From the NCBI GenBank assembly GCA_951406725.2, contig OX597815.1, forward strand, positions 151,652,001 to 151,716,000: DNA of 64,000 nucleotides, in the 5' to 3' direction. The notes under the pieces were generated by a model. It saw nothing but the letters and a program-made list of their open reading frames with translations. It did no database searches and was not told the DNA's origin. The stretch is from Octopus vulgaris (taxonomy: Eukaryota). The position numbers and the translations under genes are program-made. How positions within the stretch are numbered: position 1 is the first letter of the stretch; every line of letters begins with the position of its first letter. Of the stretch, positions 39,322 through 53,757 are shown piece after piece.

Positions 39322-39368
39322 GTCTTACAGCTGTTTCTGGGATATTAGGTTTATCCCTTCAAAAGAGA
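39322..39368 (-). ncRNA. Degenerate type I hammerhead-like motif
   Basis: Minus strand tct-cttttga-a-gggata-aacctaa-tatccc-a-GAAA-cagctg-ta-aga; core mutated. Confidence 0.45.
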
Positions 39369-39494
39369 TGATGTGATTTGGTTAAATAGAGGGAAATGGT
39401 TAAACATTTAACAAATATATGCTCATACAAGACCCACATTAGCCTCCTCACTCGTATCATTATCAAAGCGAGAGTTTAACTACAGGTCTTTATG

Positions 39495-39628
<134 letters not shown>

Positions 39629-39909
39629 TGTATGTATGTATGTATGTATGTATGTATGTATGTATGCATGCATGTATGTATGTATGTATGTATGTATAGA
39701 TGTATGTGGGTGTGGGTGTGTGCGTGGATTAATGCATATAGCTACATGCCTACATATGAATGCGTGTATGCACGTGTGTACATGCATATATGTATATGTG
39801 TGTGTGTGTTAGTTTCATAGGATTAATTGATACACTAACCATGCGTTAAATTGAGGGCTCCGATTTTCGTCTTTACAAGTGGCATACACGTACTCACACC
39901 CTACACGCA

Positions 39910-40066
<157 letters not shown>

Positions 40067-40177
40067 TTCCGGACAATGGAGATGAGTTAAAATAACAACA
40101 GTAATAAACGAATGAAGAACCAATATACAGTGCGTGTGTTTATTTGGCCCCCCCCCAAAAATACCATCCCGAAATAT

Positions 40178-40224
<47 letters not shown>

Positions 40225-40285
40225 TAAATATGAGAGCGATAGTTCAATTAAAAATACCATCGCTAGTGGCAGTGAAAACCGGGTG

Positions 40286-40385
<100 letters not shown>

Positions 40386-40523
40386 AAAAAATATATATAA
40401 AAATACAAAATGGGACATGAACGCAAAACATTCAAATAGACGACATAAAAAACGGACGGGTCATTCGAAGCCTCTAATTTTCAGTCAAGAACCGGATCAT
40501 CCTCGCAATTTCGGCTGATTAAT

Positions 40524-40603
<80 letters not shown>

Positions 40604-41830
40604 TGTTTATATATATATATATATATTGAAAAAAGTTCGTCATAGATACAGAGATAGGTATAAAGATATCAAAAACAATTATAAACATGGAGAAATGATG
40701 TTAAAAAAAAATTTTTTTAATGGATATATATATATATATATACATGTGCGTGTGTGTATGTATACACATGTGTCTACAGGCTATGATGAAAGCTGGAATG
40801 TTATGGTGATGGGCCAGAGCGGGATGACTGAGTAGAGACATATTCCCCTTCAGCGTTACCCTAAATCACTTCAAGTTACACTTAGAAATAAAAGTGAGAG
40901 TGAAGAGTGAGATGTTTCCTCTACAACAAAGTTATTGAAAAATGGGCCCGAGTGGCGAGATTGGATCCAGTGAATACGTTTTCTCTGGCATGCATTTGAA
41001 GGCCGGGGAATTCAATTGGAAGAGATGGCACAACCACCGTACCCCTGGTGGTGAAGGGTAATTTTGAATTTGCTCTCAGACTGAGCTCATCTTGTGAAAT
41101 GTTTAGCATCAGTTTTGGTTATACTATACAGAGCCGGCACTACTTTCTTGGCAAATCAGTCAATCAACTAAAGTGTTGAAATCTGCGGTGAGTTGGTAGG
41201 TAAGCGAATACAGGGCATATAAGATGAAGAGCGTCCAGCTGTTACATCGGTTCGGGGACCAAGAATCCTGGAAAAGTTTCGTGAATATGTGGTACCCTCA
41301 ACATAATAAAACCGTACAACATCCTTAACGTTAGATGGTACCCTTCCCGAAAGGGCGGGCGAAACTAGTCTTGTCCCACCTTGCAAGATTTCTCGAGTAC
41401 ATCGATGAGGAGCCCGAGAGTCATAGAAGGGCCTCGTTACTATCTGGTGCCCTCGCTTCTCAAAATATGATAATAAAATCTCACTATTTCCGAACCACCA
41501 GCATATGGGAACGTAAACACACCAACCCCGGTTGTCAAGCAGTGGTGTGGGAGAAACACAGGCACAAAACCTCCCTACATGTAAAGAGAATGAGGAAAAA
41601 AAAAAGAAAAAAAAAAAAAAGAAACTGACAGCAAAATCGAGAACGGGGACGGATGCTGTTGGGCTGGTCTTGAACACTAATTTAAGCTGGCACCAACCCA
41701 CTGCTTATAGTATTGCGGTTTTTCCCTACCTGTTTTCTTTTCATAACTTTGTAAAACCTCACCCTTGTAATAATGTTCCCTCATTCGACAAACCTTGTGG
41801 CAAATAAAGAAATTATTGATATCTTTGTTA

Positions 41831-41908
<78 letters not shown>

Positions 41909-42149
41909 TTATTATTATTAATGATTTTAAAAGGACTAACCTTCTTTGTTCTTGTTTATTTCTCTCTCTCTTTATGATCGCCGCGGCAAATAAAATGCTT
42001 TCGACGAAAACAGTGGCATTGGTTAGTGTCTGCCGATGTTTCTCTGATGTTTGCTGGTGGAGCGGGTGGAAGGAGGCGACGGTGGTGGAGGGGAGGATGT
42101 TGATGATGATGTTGATGGTGGTAGTAGAGGGCGGTAATACTTCAAGGTA

Positions 42150-42440
42150 AATTGGTGGTGGTGGTGCTGGTTAGTGATGATGGAGGGCGCCCAATGTTTT
42201 TAGAATGATGGTGGAAGAGGTAGTGGAGAAGGGTGGTGGTGGGGTGGAGGCGGAGTGGTGGTGGTGGTGGTGGGGGGAAATGGAGGTGGTGGGGGGAAGT
42301 GGAGGTGGTGGTGGTGGTGGTGGTGGTGGTGGTGGTGGAGGCGGAGTGGTAGTGGTGGTGGTGGAGGTGGTGGAGGTGGAGCTGGTAGTGGTGGTGGAGG
42401 GGGTGGAGGAGGTGGCTTGAGGGTAGTGGTGGTGGTAAAC
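42150..42440. repeat. (GGT/GGA)n low-complexity tract
   Basis: Degenerate trinucleotide repeat. Confidence 0.9.
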
Positions 42441-42703
42441 TAACAGTAATATATGGAGTTTAGGTGGCGATGTATGGGAGTGAGATTTTGTTGTGATATT
42501 AGTGACGACGGTGGAGGCAGTGAATATGCATACGCGCGCACACACACACTCATATAAACAAAGATATATTTAGCTATATCTATATGTATGTATCTATCTA
42601 TCTGTCAGGATGTGTATTTGTTTGTCTATCTATCTATCTACCTATCAATCTATTTGTCTGTCTATCTGTCTCTTTCTTTTTATATATCTAGCTATCTATT
42701 TGG

Positions 42704-42734
<31 letters not shown>

Positions 42735-42838
42735 TCTACCTTTCTATCTATCTGATCCCTACACGATCCCTTTTGATCGCTTTTTTTCCCGATCCCTTTT
42801 GATCGAAATTTTACATTTTTTCTCATTTTTTTCCTTTT

Positions 42839-42977
<139 letters not shown>

Positions 42978-43242
42978 GTCTATCTATCTATCTGTCTATC
43001 TACTTCTATATATATACACACACACACACACAACTATACGCAAATATGCATACATGCATGGACATATGTGTGTATATGTGCGTGTGTGGGTATGTATGAA
43101 TACACACACACACACGCGCACACATATATACACATACACATCATACACTTACATACATACACACATGTATACTTGTGTATGTGCATATGGACACAAACCT
43201 GTACATGTGCAGCTTATTGCAGGTATCTCGAGAAACTGCAGT

Positions 43243-43275
<33 letters not shown>

Positions 43276-43446
43276 CAGCAGCAGTAGTAGTGTCGTGTTG
43301 TTCTTGGTGGCGGTTGTGGCGGTGGTGGTAGCGATGCAGTCACAGGTATTGTATATCACGAAAACGTTATCATAGCAACGATGACAAAAAGGGAGCAAAA
43401 CAAAATGTCGGTTTATAATACATATTTAATTGTAACAGTTTAAGGA

Positions 43447-43488
<42 letters not shown>

Positions 43489-43556
43489 CGTGGGTGCACG
43501 CGCAAGTGCATATGTGTGTGCGCGCGCGAGTATATGTGTGTGTGTGTGTGTACATG

Positions 43557-43591
<35 letters not shown>

Positions 43592-43609
43592 GATCTTTCG
43601 TTCTTTATT

Positions 43610-43810
43610 TCTTTTACTCGTTTCAGACATTTGAATGCGGCCATGATGGAACACCGCCTTTGATCGAACAAATCGACCCCAGGACTTATTCTCTGTAAGC
43701 CTAGTAATTATCCTATCGGTCTTTTTTGCCGAACCGCTAAGTTACGGAGGACGTAAGCACCACACAAACACCGGTTGTCAAGCGATGGGGGGGGGGGAAA
43801 CGGACGCACA
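43610..43810 (-). mobile_element. SINE family A, 3' half
   Basis: Matches the family A 3' region. Confidence 0.8.
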
Positions 43811-43954
43811 AATACATGTACACTTACAAATGTACATATATACATATACATATACATACATACATACATACATACATACATACATACATACATACATACA
43901 TACGTATATATATATATGAATATATATATATATATGTATGTATTATATAGAAGG

Positions 43955-44005
43955 AGCTTCTACAGGACTAGAACTGTTTCATTCAAGAGAAATCTTCAGG
44001 AAGCT
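43955..44005 (-). ncRNA. Type I hammerhead ribozyme (left arm)
   Basis: Reverse complement of 46326-46376. Confidence 0.78.
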
Positions 44006-44267
44006 AGTTAACAAGAATTGTATTGGCATTTATACATTTAGGCAGGTTTATAGGGGTGGTGGTGGGGGACTTTTTGGGGGTAGGCATAGCGCAAAAAAAT
44101 CATACTTGGGGGAGTGGTCAAGGAGTCAGTGGTAAATTAGATAGAAGAATAAATAAAAGAATAAAAAAAGAATAAAATACAAAAATATATAGAAGAATAG
44201 AGTTTTAGGTAAATAAGGAAATTCTCAACACACACACATATACATACACACATACATACACACACAC

Positions 44268-44314
<47 letters not shown>

Positions 44315-44330
44315 TATACATACATATATC

Positions 44331-44370
<40 letters not shown>

Positions 44371-44544
44371 CATACACATATACATGCATATACATATACA
44401 CACACATGTATATATACACACACACGACCACACATACACATACACACAAAAAAATATATACATACACACACATACACATACATACATACACACACATATC
44501 CACATACACACATGCACACACAGCACACAAGTCCCTATATACTC

Positions 44545-44593
<49 letters not shown>

Positions 44594-45127
44594 CATATGT
44601 GTACCTATCCATACACATATATATGTACGTATACACACACACACATATACACATACATACACACACATACATACATATGTGTACCTATTCATACCTACAC
44701 ATACACACATATATACATACAATTACAAACCCATTCCCTAATTTTAATTTTATTATCTTCATTTATTACTTTTGTTATCTTTGACCGCTGGTCACAAACA
44801 TCTTGGCTAGTCCCTTTTATCTTTCTACTTGAGCACAAGCACTCACTCACGCACGCACACTCATTAGCACGCACACACACTCTCATTCGTACACTCATAC
44901 ACATACACGCACGCACGCGTTATATTCATACATACATACATCTACATACATACACGTATATACACATACATACGCGTACCTACAGATTCATGTCTACAAT
45001 CTTAGAAGACTAGTCTATACATATACACCAAATATATATACACACATACATATACACCTACATACAAATACATACATACATATATACACACACATATATA
45101 TATACATACACACATACACATACACAC

Positions 45128-45158
<31 letters not shown>

Positions 45159-45751
45159 CACACATATATACACACATATATACACACATATATATATGTA
45201 TATATATATATATATATGTGTGTATGTGTATGTGTGTATGTATATATATATGTGTGTGTATATATGTATGTATGTATTTGTATGTAGGTGTATATGTATG
45301 TGTGTATATATATTTGGTGTATATGTATAGACTAGTCTTCTAAGATTGTAGACATGAATCTGTAGGTACGCGTATGTATGTGTATATACGTGTATGTATG
45401 TAGATGTATGTATGTATGAATATAACGCGTGCGTGCGTGTATGTGTATGAGTGTACGAATGAGAGTGTGTGTGCGTGCTAATGAGTGTGCGTGCGTGAGT
45501 GAGTGCTTGTGCTCAAGTAGAAAGATAAAAGGGACTAGCCAAGATGTTTGTGACCAGCGGTCAAAGATAACAAAAGTAATAAATGAAGATAATAAAATTA
45601 AAATTAGGGAATGGGTTTGTAATTGTATGTATATATGTGTGTATGTGTAGGTATGAATAGGTACACATATGTATGTATGTGTGTGTATGTATGTGTATAT
45701 GTGTGTGTGTGTATACGTACATATATATGTGTATGGATAGGTACACATATG

Positions 45752-45796
<45 letters not shown>

Positions 45797-45966
45797 ACAT
45801 ACATATATGTGTATATGTATATATGAGTATATAGGAACTTGTGTGCTGTGTGTGCATGTGTGTATGTGGATATGTGTGTGTATGTATGTATGTGTATGTG
45901 TGGTCGTGTGTGTGTATATATACATGTGTGTGTGTATATGTATATGCATGTATATGTGTATGTATG

Positions 45967-46006
<40 letters not shown>

Positions 46007-46022
46007 GATATATGTATGTATA

Positions 46023-46063
<41 letters not shown>

Positions 46064-46325
46064 GTGTGTGTGTATGTATGTGTGTATGTATATGTGTGTG
46101 TGTTGAGAATTTCCTTATTTACCTAAAACTCTATTCTTCTATATATTTTTGTATTTTATTCTTTTTTTATTCTTTTATTTATTCTTCTATCTAATTTACC
46201 ACTGACTCCTTGACCACTCCCCCAAGTATGATTTTTTTGCGCTATGCCTACCCCCAAAAAGTCCCCCACCACCACCCCTATAAACCTGCCTAAATGTATA
46301 AATGCCAATACAATTCTTGTTAACT

Positions 46326-46376
46326 AGCTTCCTGAAGATTTCTCTTGAATGAAACAGTTCTAGTCCTGTAGAAGCT
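46326..46376 (+). ncRNA. Type I hammerhead ribozyme (GUA site)
   Basis: agcttc-CTGAAGA-t-ttc-tctt-gaa-t-GAAA-cag-ttctagtc-ctgta-gaagct. Confidence 0.8.
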
Positions 46377-46471
46377 CCTTCTATATAATAAATTAATTTT
46401 ACTCTGCTATGTATTGAGTACCTTATTTACTGTGGTTAACCCCGAATCAACCCGGGACCTACATATATATG

Positions 46472-46520
<49 letters not shown>

Positions 46521-46666
46521 GTTTGTGTGCATGGGTGTATATCTGCATAAGTATTTTAAACAACTATGTGCGACTGTACATGTATATATGTATATGTGTG
46601 TATTTATTTGTATAGGTATGTATATGCAAAGATACATATACTTACATAAGTGCTATATATCTATTT

Positions 46667-46745
<79 letters not shown>

Positions 46746-46915
46746 ATAAAAATCACGATAATGATTTTTATCAAGTAGTCGGCATGCTATAAAAATTTAT
46801 TGGCAATTAATGCATTAAATTAATAACCCTAATCATATATATATATATATACACACATATATATAAATATAGCTGCATGTCAATCGAGTTTCTTCCTTTC
46901 TATGGAATTTCCTCT

Positions 46916-46950
46916 GTTTCTGAAGAAGAGCGTTGCTCGAAACATTAAAC
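46916..46950 (+). ncRNA. Minimal type I hammerhead-like motif
   Basis: gttt-CTGAAGA-a-gagc-gtt-gctc-GAAA-catt-aaac. Confidence 0.6.
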
Positions 46951-47319
46951 TATCTTTCTTTCCTTCCCTGAGCGCCTGCTAATACTTTACATGTGCCACG
47001 TCCTAGTATTGTTGTGTTTTTTGTATTCTTTTTGGGGGGATTTACTATATATAAGCATATATAATATGTTTGTGTGTATGGGTGTATATTTGCATAATTA
47101 TTTTACACAACTGTGTGCGACCGTGCATGTGTATATGTATGTGTGTGTGTGTGTGTATGTGTGTGTGTGTGTGTGAGTGTGTGTGTGTATTTATTTGTAT
47201 ATGTACTTATCTACTCCTCAAAGCTACCAAGCTTAATTATCACTTCGCATAACTCCACCAACTCCAGAAAAACAACTTGTCGAAGACTAAACAAATTCAA
47301 AGAAGCCCAATTGTAGTAC

Positions 47320-47359
47320 AGTCTGACGAAGGCTAGCAAGCCGAAACTTCGAGGTCACT
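47320..47359 (+). ncRNA. Minimal type I hammerhead (GUC site)
   Basis: agt-CTGACGA-a-ggct-agca-agcc-GAAA-cttcgag-gtc-act. Confidence 0.7.
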
Positions 47360-47420
47360 ATCATTCTCTTCTTGTAAAAGTTTAATAAAAGTGTACTCAA
47401 GAAATGTGTTGAAGAATCTT

Positions 47421-47788
47421 TAATTAGCTCTGCCTTAGCGAAGGCAGAGGTATTGTTTTCAGTTACGTTTGTTTGTTTGTCCGTGGACAAGATATCGAGA
47501 ACCGCTGGATGGATTCGGATGAAACTTTCAAGGATATTTGGCCTCGTGACTGGCACAAACTGATTAGATTTTGCGATCGATCTGGTACCGGACAAGGATT
47601 TTGCATTATTCTTCCTTTTTTTTTACTTAATTTTTGAGAGCTGTCGGTTTCGTTTTTAGCATTCTCGTTTGTGAGTGCAGTCGAGTTTATTTCAGATATT
47701 CTCATTTTAAAAATCATCTCTGCATAATCATTGAGCGGACGTTGGCGTTGCCTTGGCGGAGGTTTGCTCTCTCAGAGTGTTCTTGTTT
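47421..47788 (+). mobile_element. Helentron-associated (HINE/DINE-like) non-autonomous element
   Basis: Subterminal inverted repeats ctctgccttag / cttggcggag, a (tttg)n tract near the 5' end, and a 3' hairpin followed by cttgtt. Confidence 0.6.
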
Positions 47789-47997
47789 ATAATTGAATTG
47801 TTTTTATTATGCTCCTTTGCTCATAGTATATGGACACAGACTATGTGTCGGTAGCCAGCTGGAAAAGATGTTTTCCTGGGTATAAAAAGTAGTAACACTA
47901 TCCAATGTAGGACTTCCACATTGTGTTGGCAAATAGACTTTACTGCTTTTTATTATAATTTGATATAAATCTCTCTCTCTCTTTCTCTCTCTCTCTA

Positions 47998-48071
<74 letters not shown>

Positions 48072-48074
48072 GTC

Positions 48075-48345
48075 CCCATTCATCTCAATCTTCCATAATG
48101 GTCCTCAGCTCCTGTACCACTTCCATACCAGTATCCCCAGTAAGTTGTCGATATAGGTCGCCTTCCTTCTTCCTCTCCTGGTTCTGCCTTCCGTTGGTTG
48201 CCAGAGAACTAGCTTGTTAGCAATTTCATAGGTACGCCTGGTGCAGCGTCCAACTAGCCGCATCCTTCTATGCTGTATCTTCAATGTTACTTTTGGTAGT
48301 CCTTGATACAAACATTTATACAAGGTGTGGTACTTGGACAAAGGC
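48075..48345 (-). mobile_element. RTE-clade LINE 3' fragment
   Basis: LYQGLPKVT..IQHRRMRLVG..KLVLWQPTEGRTRRGRRKATYIDNL, ending at (GATA)n. Confidence 0.75.
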
Positions 48346-48804
48346 TTTTACCCTAACTTTCGTTGATCTGGAGATTAACGAATGCTTGGTATAATGACTT
48401 TCGCTTAGCTAAGAACTTCTCTTGTGGCACATTAATAACAGCCCACTGGTTATACTCTTTCTTGACACAAATCCAAGCTGCACCTTATCTGCTTAATTAT
48501 GTTTCTTAATCAATTGAGATAATGCGTTCTATTACTTTCATAACATTAGGCCATTAGTTTGATGTTTCTGTTGTAGCTTCTTCCAAGAACATCTTCTTTG
48601 TCCTTGCAGCACCAGTTGTAGTAGTAGTAATACTAGTAGACGGTAGTGGTGATGATGACGACGACGACAACGATGATGATGATGAAGACGAGGATGATGA
48701 CGATGACGACAACGATGATCGTGACGCTGATGATGATGGTGATGATGGTGATGGTAGTGATAATGATGGTGATGATGGTGGTGGTGTTGGTGCTGCTGCT
48801 GATC

Positions 48805-48836
<32 letters not shown>

Positions 48837-49019
48837 ATTATGCCAATCATTAGGACATTGAAAAATACAAACCTCCCCCACCGCGATAAGGACCGGACCT
48901 TGTGGTGCATGGTTAAATAAATAAATGAATAAATAAATAAAGGAATACAAAGGTTAACAATTTCTTGTGATAATTTTTGGAATAGCGAAGTTTCCGATGG
49001 CCACGGTGAATACTTTATC

Positions 49020-49223
49020 TTTTATTTTACTTGTTTCGGTCATTAGACTGCGGCCATGCTGGGGCACCGTTTTGGGAGATTTTAGTGAAATAAATCGACT
49101 GCTGCACATTAAAAAAAAAAATTTTCAGGCACTTATTCTATCGATTTGCTTTGCCGAACCACTAAGATTACGGAAGTAAACACAAAAACGGCGGATGCCA
49201 AGTGGTGGGAGGGGACGAACTCA

Positions 49224-49278
<55 letters not shown>

Positions 49279-49460
49279 TTATACACTCACACTCAGATAT
49301 ATGTAAACATATGACAGGATGCTTTCAGCTTCCGTCTACCAAATCCACTCACAAGGCTTTGGTTCGCCCGAGGCTATAGTAAAAGACATTTGCCCAAGGT
49401 GCCATGCAGTGGGACTGAACCCGGAATCATGTGGTTGGGTAACACAGCCACCCCTACACC
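49020..49460 (-). mobile_element. SINE family A, older copy
   Basis: Reverse complement of family A. Confidence 0.8.
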
Positions 49461-49549
49461 TAATACGTGTAATGATTGCGCTCTTGTTGAATTCTGTGAA
49501 GAATTGATTCAATTTCCAAGCAAAACTGGTTCCATCGGGAGTTTTTGAA

Positions 49550-49717
49550 TTTACATTATTTACATTATTTACATTTGACGGATATTTGTCCTCATCTTGT
49601 TTGTTGTTAACACAACGTTTCGGCAGATATACCCTCCAGCCTTCATCAGGTGTCTTGGGGAAATTTCGAACCTGGGTTCTCATTCCTAAGGTATTTCTCG
49701 GTGTTGTTGTTGTTGTG

Positions 49718-49750
<33 letters not shown>

Positions 49751-49910
49751 GTTATTGTTATTCAGGTCACTGCCTGGAATCGAGCTCGGAATCTTGGGGT
49801 TAGTAGCCCGCGCTCTTAACCACTGCGCCATATGACCGCGGGCATATCCGTCAAATGTAAATAATGTAAATAATGTACATAATTCCTCATCTCTGAAATA
49901 TAGAAATGTA
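49550..49910 (-). mobile_element. tRNA-headed, hammerhead-containing short element with an inverted tail copy
   Basis: tRNA-like head 49843-49765 (tggcgcagtgg A box, gagctcgattcc B box), (AAT)n, hammerhead and a tail; the tail is repeated inverted from 49844. Confidence 0.75.
49610..49653 (-). ncRNA. Minimal type I hammerhead (GUU site)
   Basis: Minus strand acac-CTGATGA-a-ggc-tggagggtatatct-gcc-GAAA-cgtt-gtgt. Confidence 0.75.
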
Positions 49911-50124
49911 TTTTTGAATTTAGTTAAAAGTGTTGTTTGTTTCTTTGTTCAATGATGAGAGAATTGTGATGATGATAATGGCTACGTGGTTAGAGAAGAA
50001 TTAGAAGATTGTTTGCCATGTGCTTATAGGCGCAATATATGTAGAATTGGTGATTTCTGAGGACAAGGTTAAGGTAGCTAGCTAGGTGAGAAGTAGCTTT
50101 TATGTTTTTCAATCAGCTTTTAAG

Positions 50125-50757
<633 letters not shown>

Positions 50758-50775
50758 CGTCTATATGTATATATG

Positions 50776-51445
50776 TGTAACGATAAAGTTATTAGTTGAA
50801 GTCGAGGGTCACCAACTGTAACGGTTAAGATTGATTAGATACACAATTATATGAAATGTTGGAGTCAGCAGTAGTGACGATAAAAATTTGTTGTTATAAC
50901 ATGTTGCTGGATGTGAAAGATGAACAATGCATGAAGTTTTAAGGAAATATTTATTTACCGTTACGTTACAATACCTTGCCTCGACGAGAAGGTTATGATA
51001 AATCCAAAAGCATGCGAAGTAAAGTTTGTGTTTATGTTCTCTTCATTGTTTAGTAGTAATCACAGTGTGAGATAGAATAATGTTGTAAGAGAACAGAATT
51101 AGAGCTACTGAGAGTTGTAGGGTGTGGGAGTTGTCTCACTGTTGCTGACAGTAAACTTCATTTCTCCTTCTGACCAAGGTTCTAGCTGGTCAACCAGACT
51201 TCGTTCTCGCTGAGTTGTCACCGGAGTGACTAACTGGTTGAGTCGTCACCAGGTGACTGAACTTTCTTTTTGCTTGGGGGTTTATGCTTTTATAACTAAC
51301 CAGAAGGATAGACATATCATTGAGAACAATAGATTTAGTAGGTGGTCTTGTTATCTCTATTCTATCTTTTGGTGAAGTAGAAGAGGTTAGAAAGGGTCAA
51401 GTGGTGAAGACATTATTTCGGCCTAAGGGCAATCTGGCAACTGTA
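50776..51445 (-). mobile_element. LTR-like dispersed repeat, copy 1
   Basis: Begins tgtaacg; ~50850-51400 is strongly similar to 53785-54203; minus-strand aataaa; the right end is uncertain. Confidence 0.55.
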
Positions 51446-51449
51446 AAAT

Positions 51450-52009
51450 TGAATCACTTCAGAGAGTACTCACTAAGCGAATTGAGGGCATGACTGATCT
51501 CGATTACTGAGACTGCCTTAAAGCCTTGAAACTCTACTCTCTTCAGCGCCGCCGCGAGCGGTACATCATTTGTACGACGTGGAGAATATACCGCCAGCAT
51601 TGCCCAAACGACCGGAACATTAGTTTCAAGGTTCATCCAAGGCTGGGACCACGAGTCATACGTCCCCTGCCCAATTCAGGATCACAACATATAGGTACAC
51701 TGCGAGATAATTTCTTTTCCTCAAGAGGCCCTGCCCTGTTTAAAATTGTCCCAGAACGGATCAAAGAGGAAAAGGATCCCATCACCTTTAAACAGAGTCT
51801 GGATAGATTTCTTCAAGGAATACCAGATAAGCCACCCATACCTGAATACAACTCACTCAACAAGAACTCACTACTTGAATGGACCATAAACAAAACTTGT
51901 CTTTAAAAGGATTTAGACAAACCTAATCAGGTGGTGTTAATAAGTTAGACATGGCCTGGACCAATCTTTGGTCGAAACCTATCTAAATTTATCTAAGTTT
52001 TATCTGTTA
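51450..52009 (+). mobile_element. CR1-group LINE 3' end
   Basis: LKALKLYSLQRRRERYII..WRI..SSRGPALF..FKQSLDRFLQGIPD.P..NSL; tatctaa tail repeats. Confidence 0.8.
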
Positions 52010-52374
52010 GTGGTGGCACAATGGCCCAGTAGTTAGGGCAAGCGGGCTCGCGGTCATAGGATCGCGGTTTCGATTCCCAGACCGGGTGTTATGAGTGTTT
52101 ATTGAGCGAAAACACTTAAAACTCCACGCGGCGTCCGCAGTGGGGTGGTGGTGAACCCTGCTGTACTCTTTCACCACAACTTTCTCTCAATCTTTCTTCC
52201 TGTTTCTGTTGTACCTTGCCACACTCTGTGTCACGCTGAATCTCCCCGAGAACTATGTTAAGGGTACACGTGTCTGTGGAGTACTCAGCCACTTGCACGT
52301 TAATTTCACGAGCAGACTGTTCCGTTAATTGGATCAACTGGAATCCTCGTCGTCGTAACCGACGGAGTGCCGTA
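52010..52374 (+). mobile_element. SINE family C with a 10 bp TSD
   Basis: TSD ttatctgtta at 52000-52009 and 52375-52384. Confidence 0.9.
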
Positions 52375-53671
52375 TTATCTGTTATTTTTGCCTTGATCAA
52401 CAAGTCGCTCTACAGCTAGATATGATAGCTTAATTTCCCTCAAACCATCGCTTACTTTCTTAAACACATAAAGAATAGATCGAGCTATGTTGTCCCAGAA
52501 ACAGCTCTAAACGATGGAGTGGTCATAACTGGAATGCTCTAGTATAGCTAAAAAGGGTCGGGCGGTCATCCCAGCCAGCACTTTGATGTGTATTACGCTG
52601 TGATTTTTATGGATGAAGATGTACAGCAAACTCAAGGGTCGCCCCTGGCAACACAATTTCTTGCTACGCCATTGCTTCAATCCCATGTCTGCTCGATTAT
52701 GGCTGACCAGAGGTTAAACAACACACATCAGCATCAACAAGAGAGACATCTTGTGGTCACTGACTTGTTGAAAATAGCAGCCAATCTCCCTTAAATCACG
52801 TGAATCACTCAGCTTTTCAATGAACAGAACATAGATAATACAGTCCTAGGTAACCCTGAAAACAGGATGGCCACGGTTGAAAGGCCTTTTAATCATAGGC
52901 ATGTTTGATCAATCGGAATTACCCTGGAACTAAGCAACCACAGCAAAATGGCATCCAGCCAATCTGAAATCGATAACAAATGTTTTTGTTGTTTTCATTC
53001 CTATTATTTATTGATTTATCGACATGTTTGCGTCGTCACATTTCTGCTTAAATCTTAAATCTCTGTGTGTCGCAAAAGAATGATCAATGACCATGAGAGA
53101 AAACAACAATATATTGTATTACTGATATACAAACTTACCTTATATCTTAAACTTGCTCCAGTCATTGGACTGCGGCCATGCTGGAGCACAGCCTTGATGG
53201 GTTTAGACGAACAAACGGACCCCAGAATATACATATTTTTAAAGTCTTGGACTTATTCTATCGGTCTCTTTTCCGCAAGTCGTTATGTTACGGGGACGTT
53301 TCAGGTGTTTACCTATCCCCTTGAACATCCACATAAACCCCCCACCGCCGGATGGGGGATAATATTAACTACTTAGTAGACTCTTGGATTTGACGATTTG
53401 AAATTCAATGGTGAATAGGACCGCCACCATTTAAACATTATCATCTCCTATCTTTCTGTTTTATTTTTATTTTTCTGTAGCTTCCGCTGTCTTTTTCTCT
53501 CATGTTTTCCCAATCTTCATCTTACAATTTCATTAAACCTAAAGATATTCTTGACAATCTGTTCATGGATTCTTGTGAGAGAAGCGTTACAAAGCTGAAC
53601 CGCATAAAGAACTATCTGTGATCCATCTACATTAGGACAGACGAGGCTTTCTGAGGTACCCTTCCAGATAG

Positions 53672-53752
<81 letters not shown>

Positions 53753-53757
<5 letters not shown>

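Larger units (their letters stand above)
43941..46460. repeat. Long inverted repeat (~1.2 kb arms), Penelope pLTR-type fold-back
   Basis: 43941-~45157 is the reverse complement of ~45188-46390, differing mainly in microsatellite lengths; extra ~70 bp tail to ~46460; hammerheads near both outer ends. Confidence 0.92.

Noticed and set aside
42171-42545. Poly-Pro/Thr/His ORF resembling a formin or extensin
   Set aside because: It derives from a (GGT)n simple repeat, is open in several frames and has no domain context.
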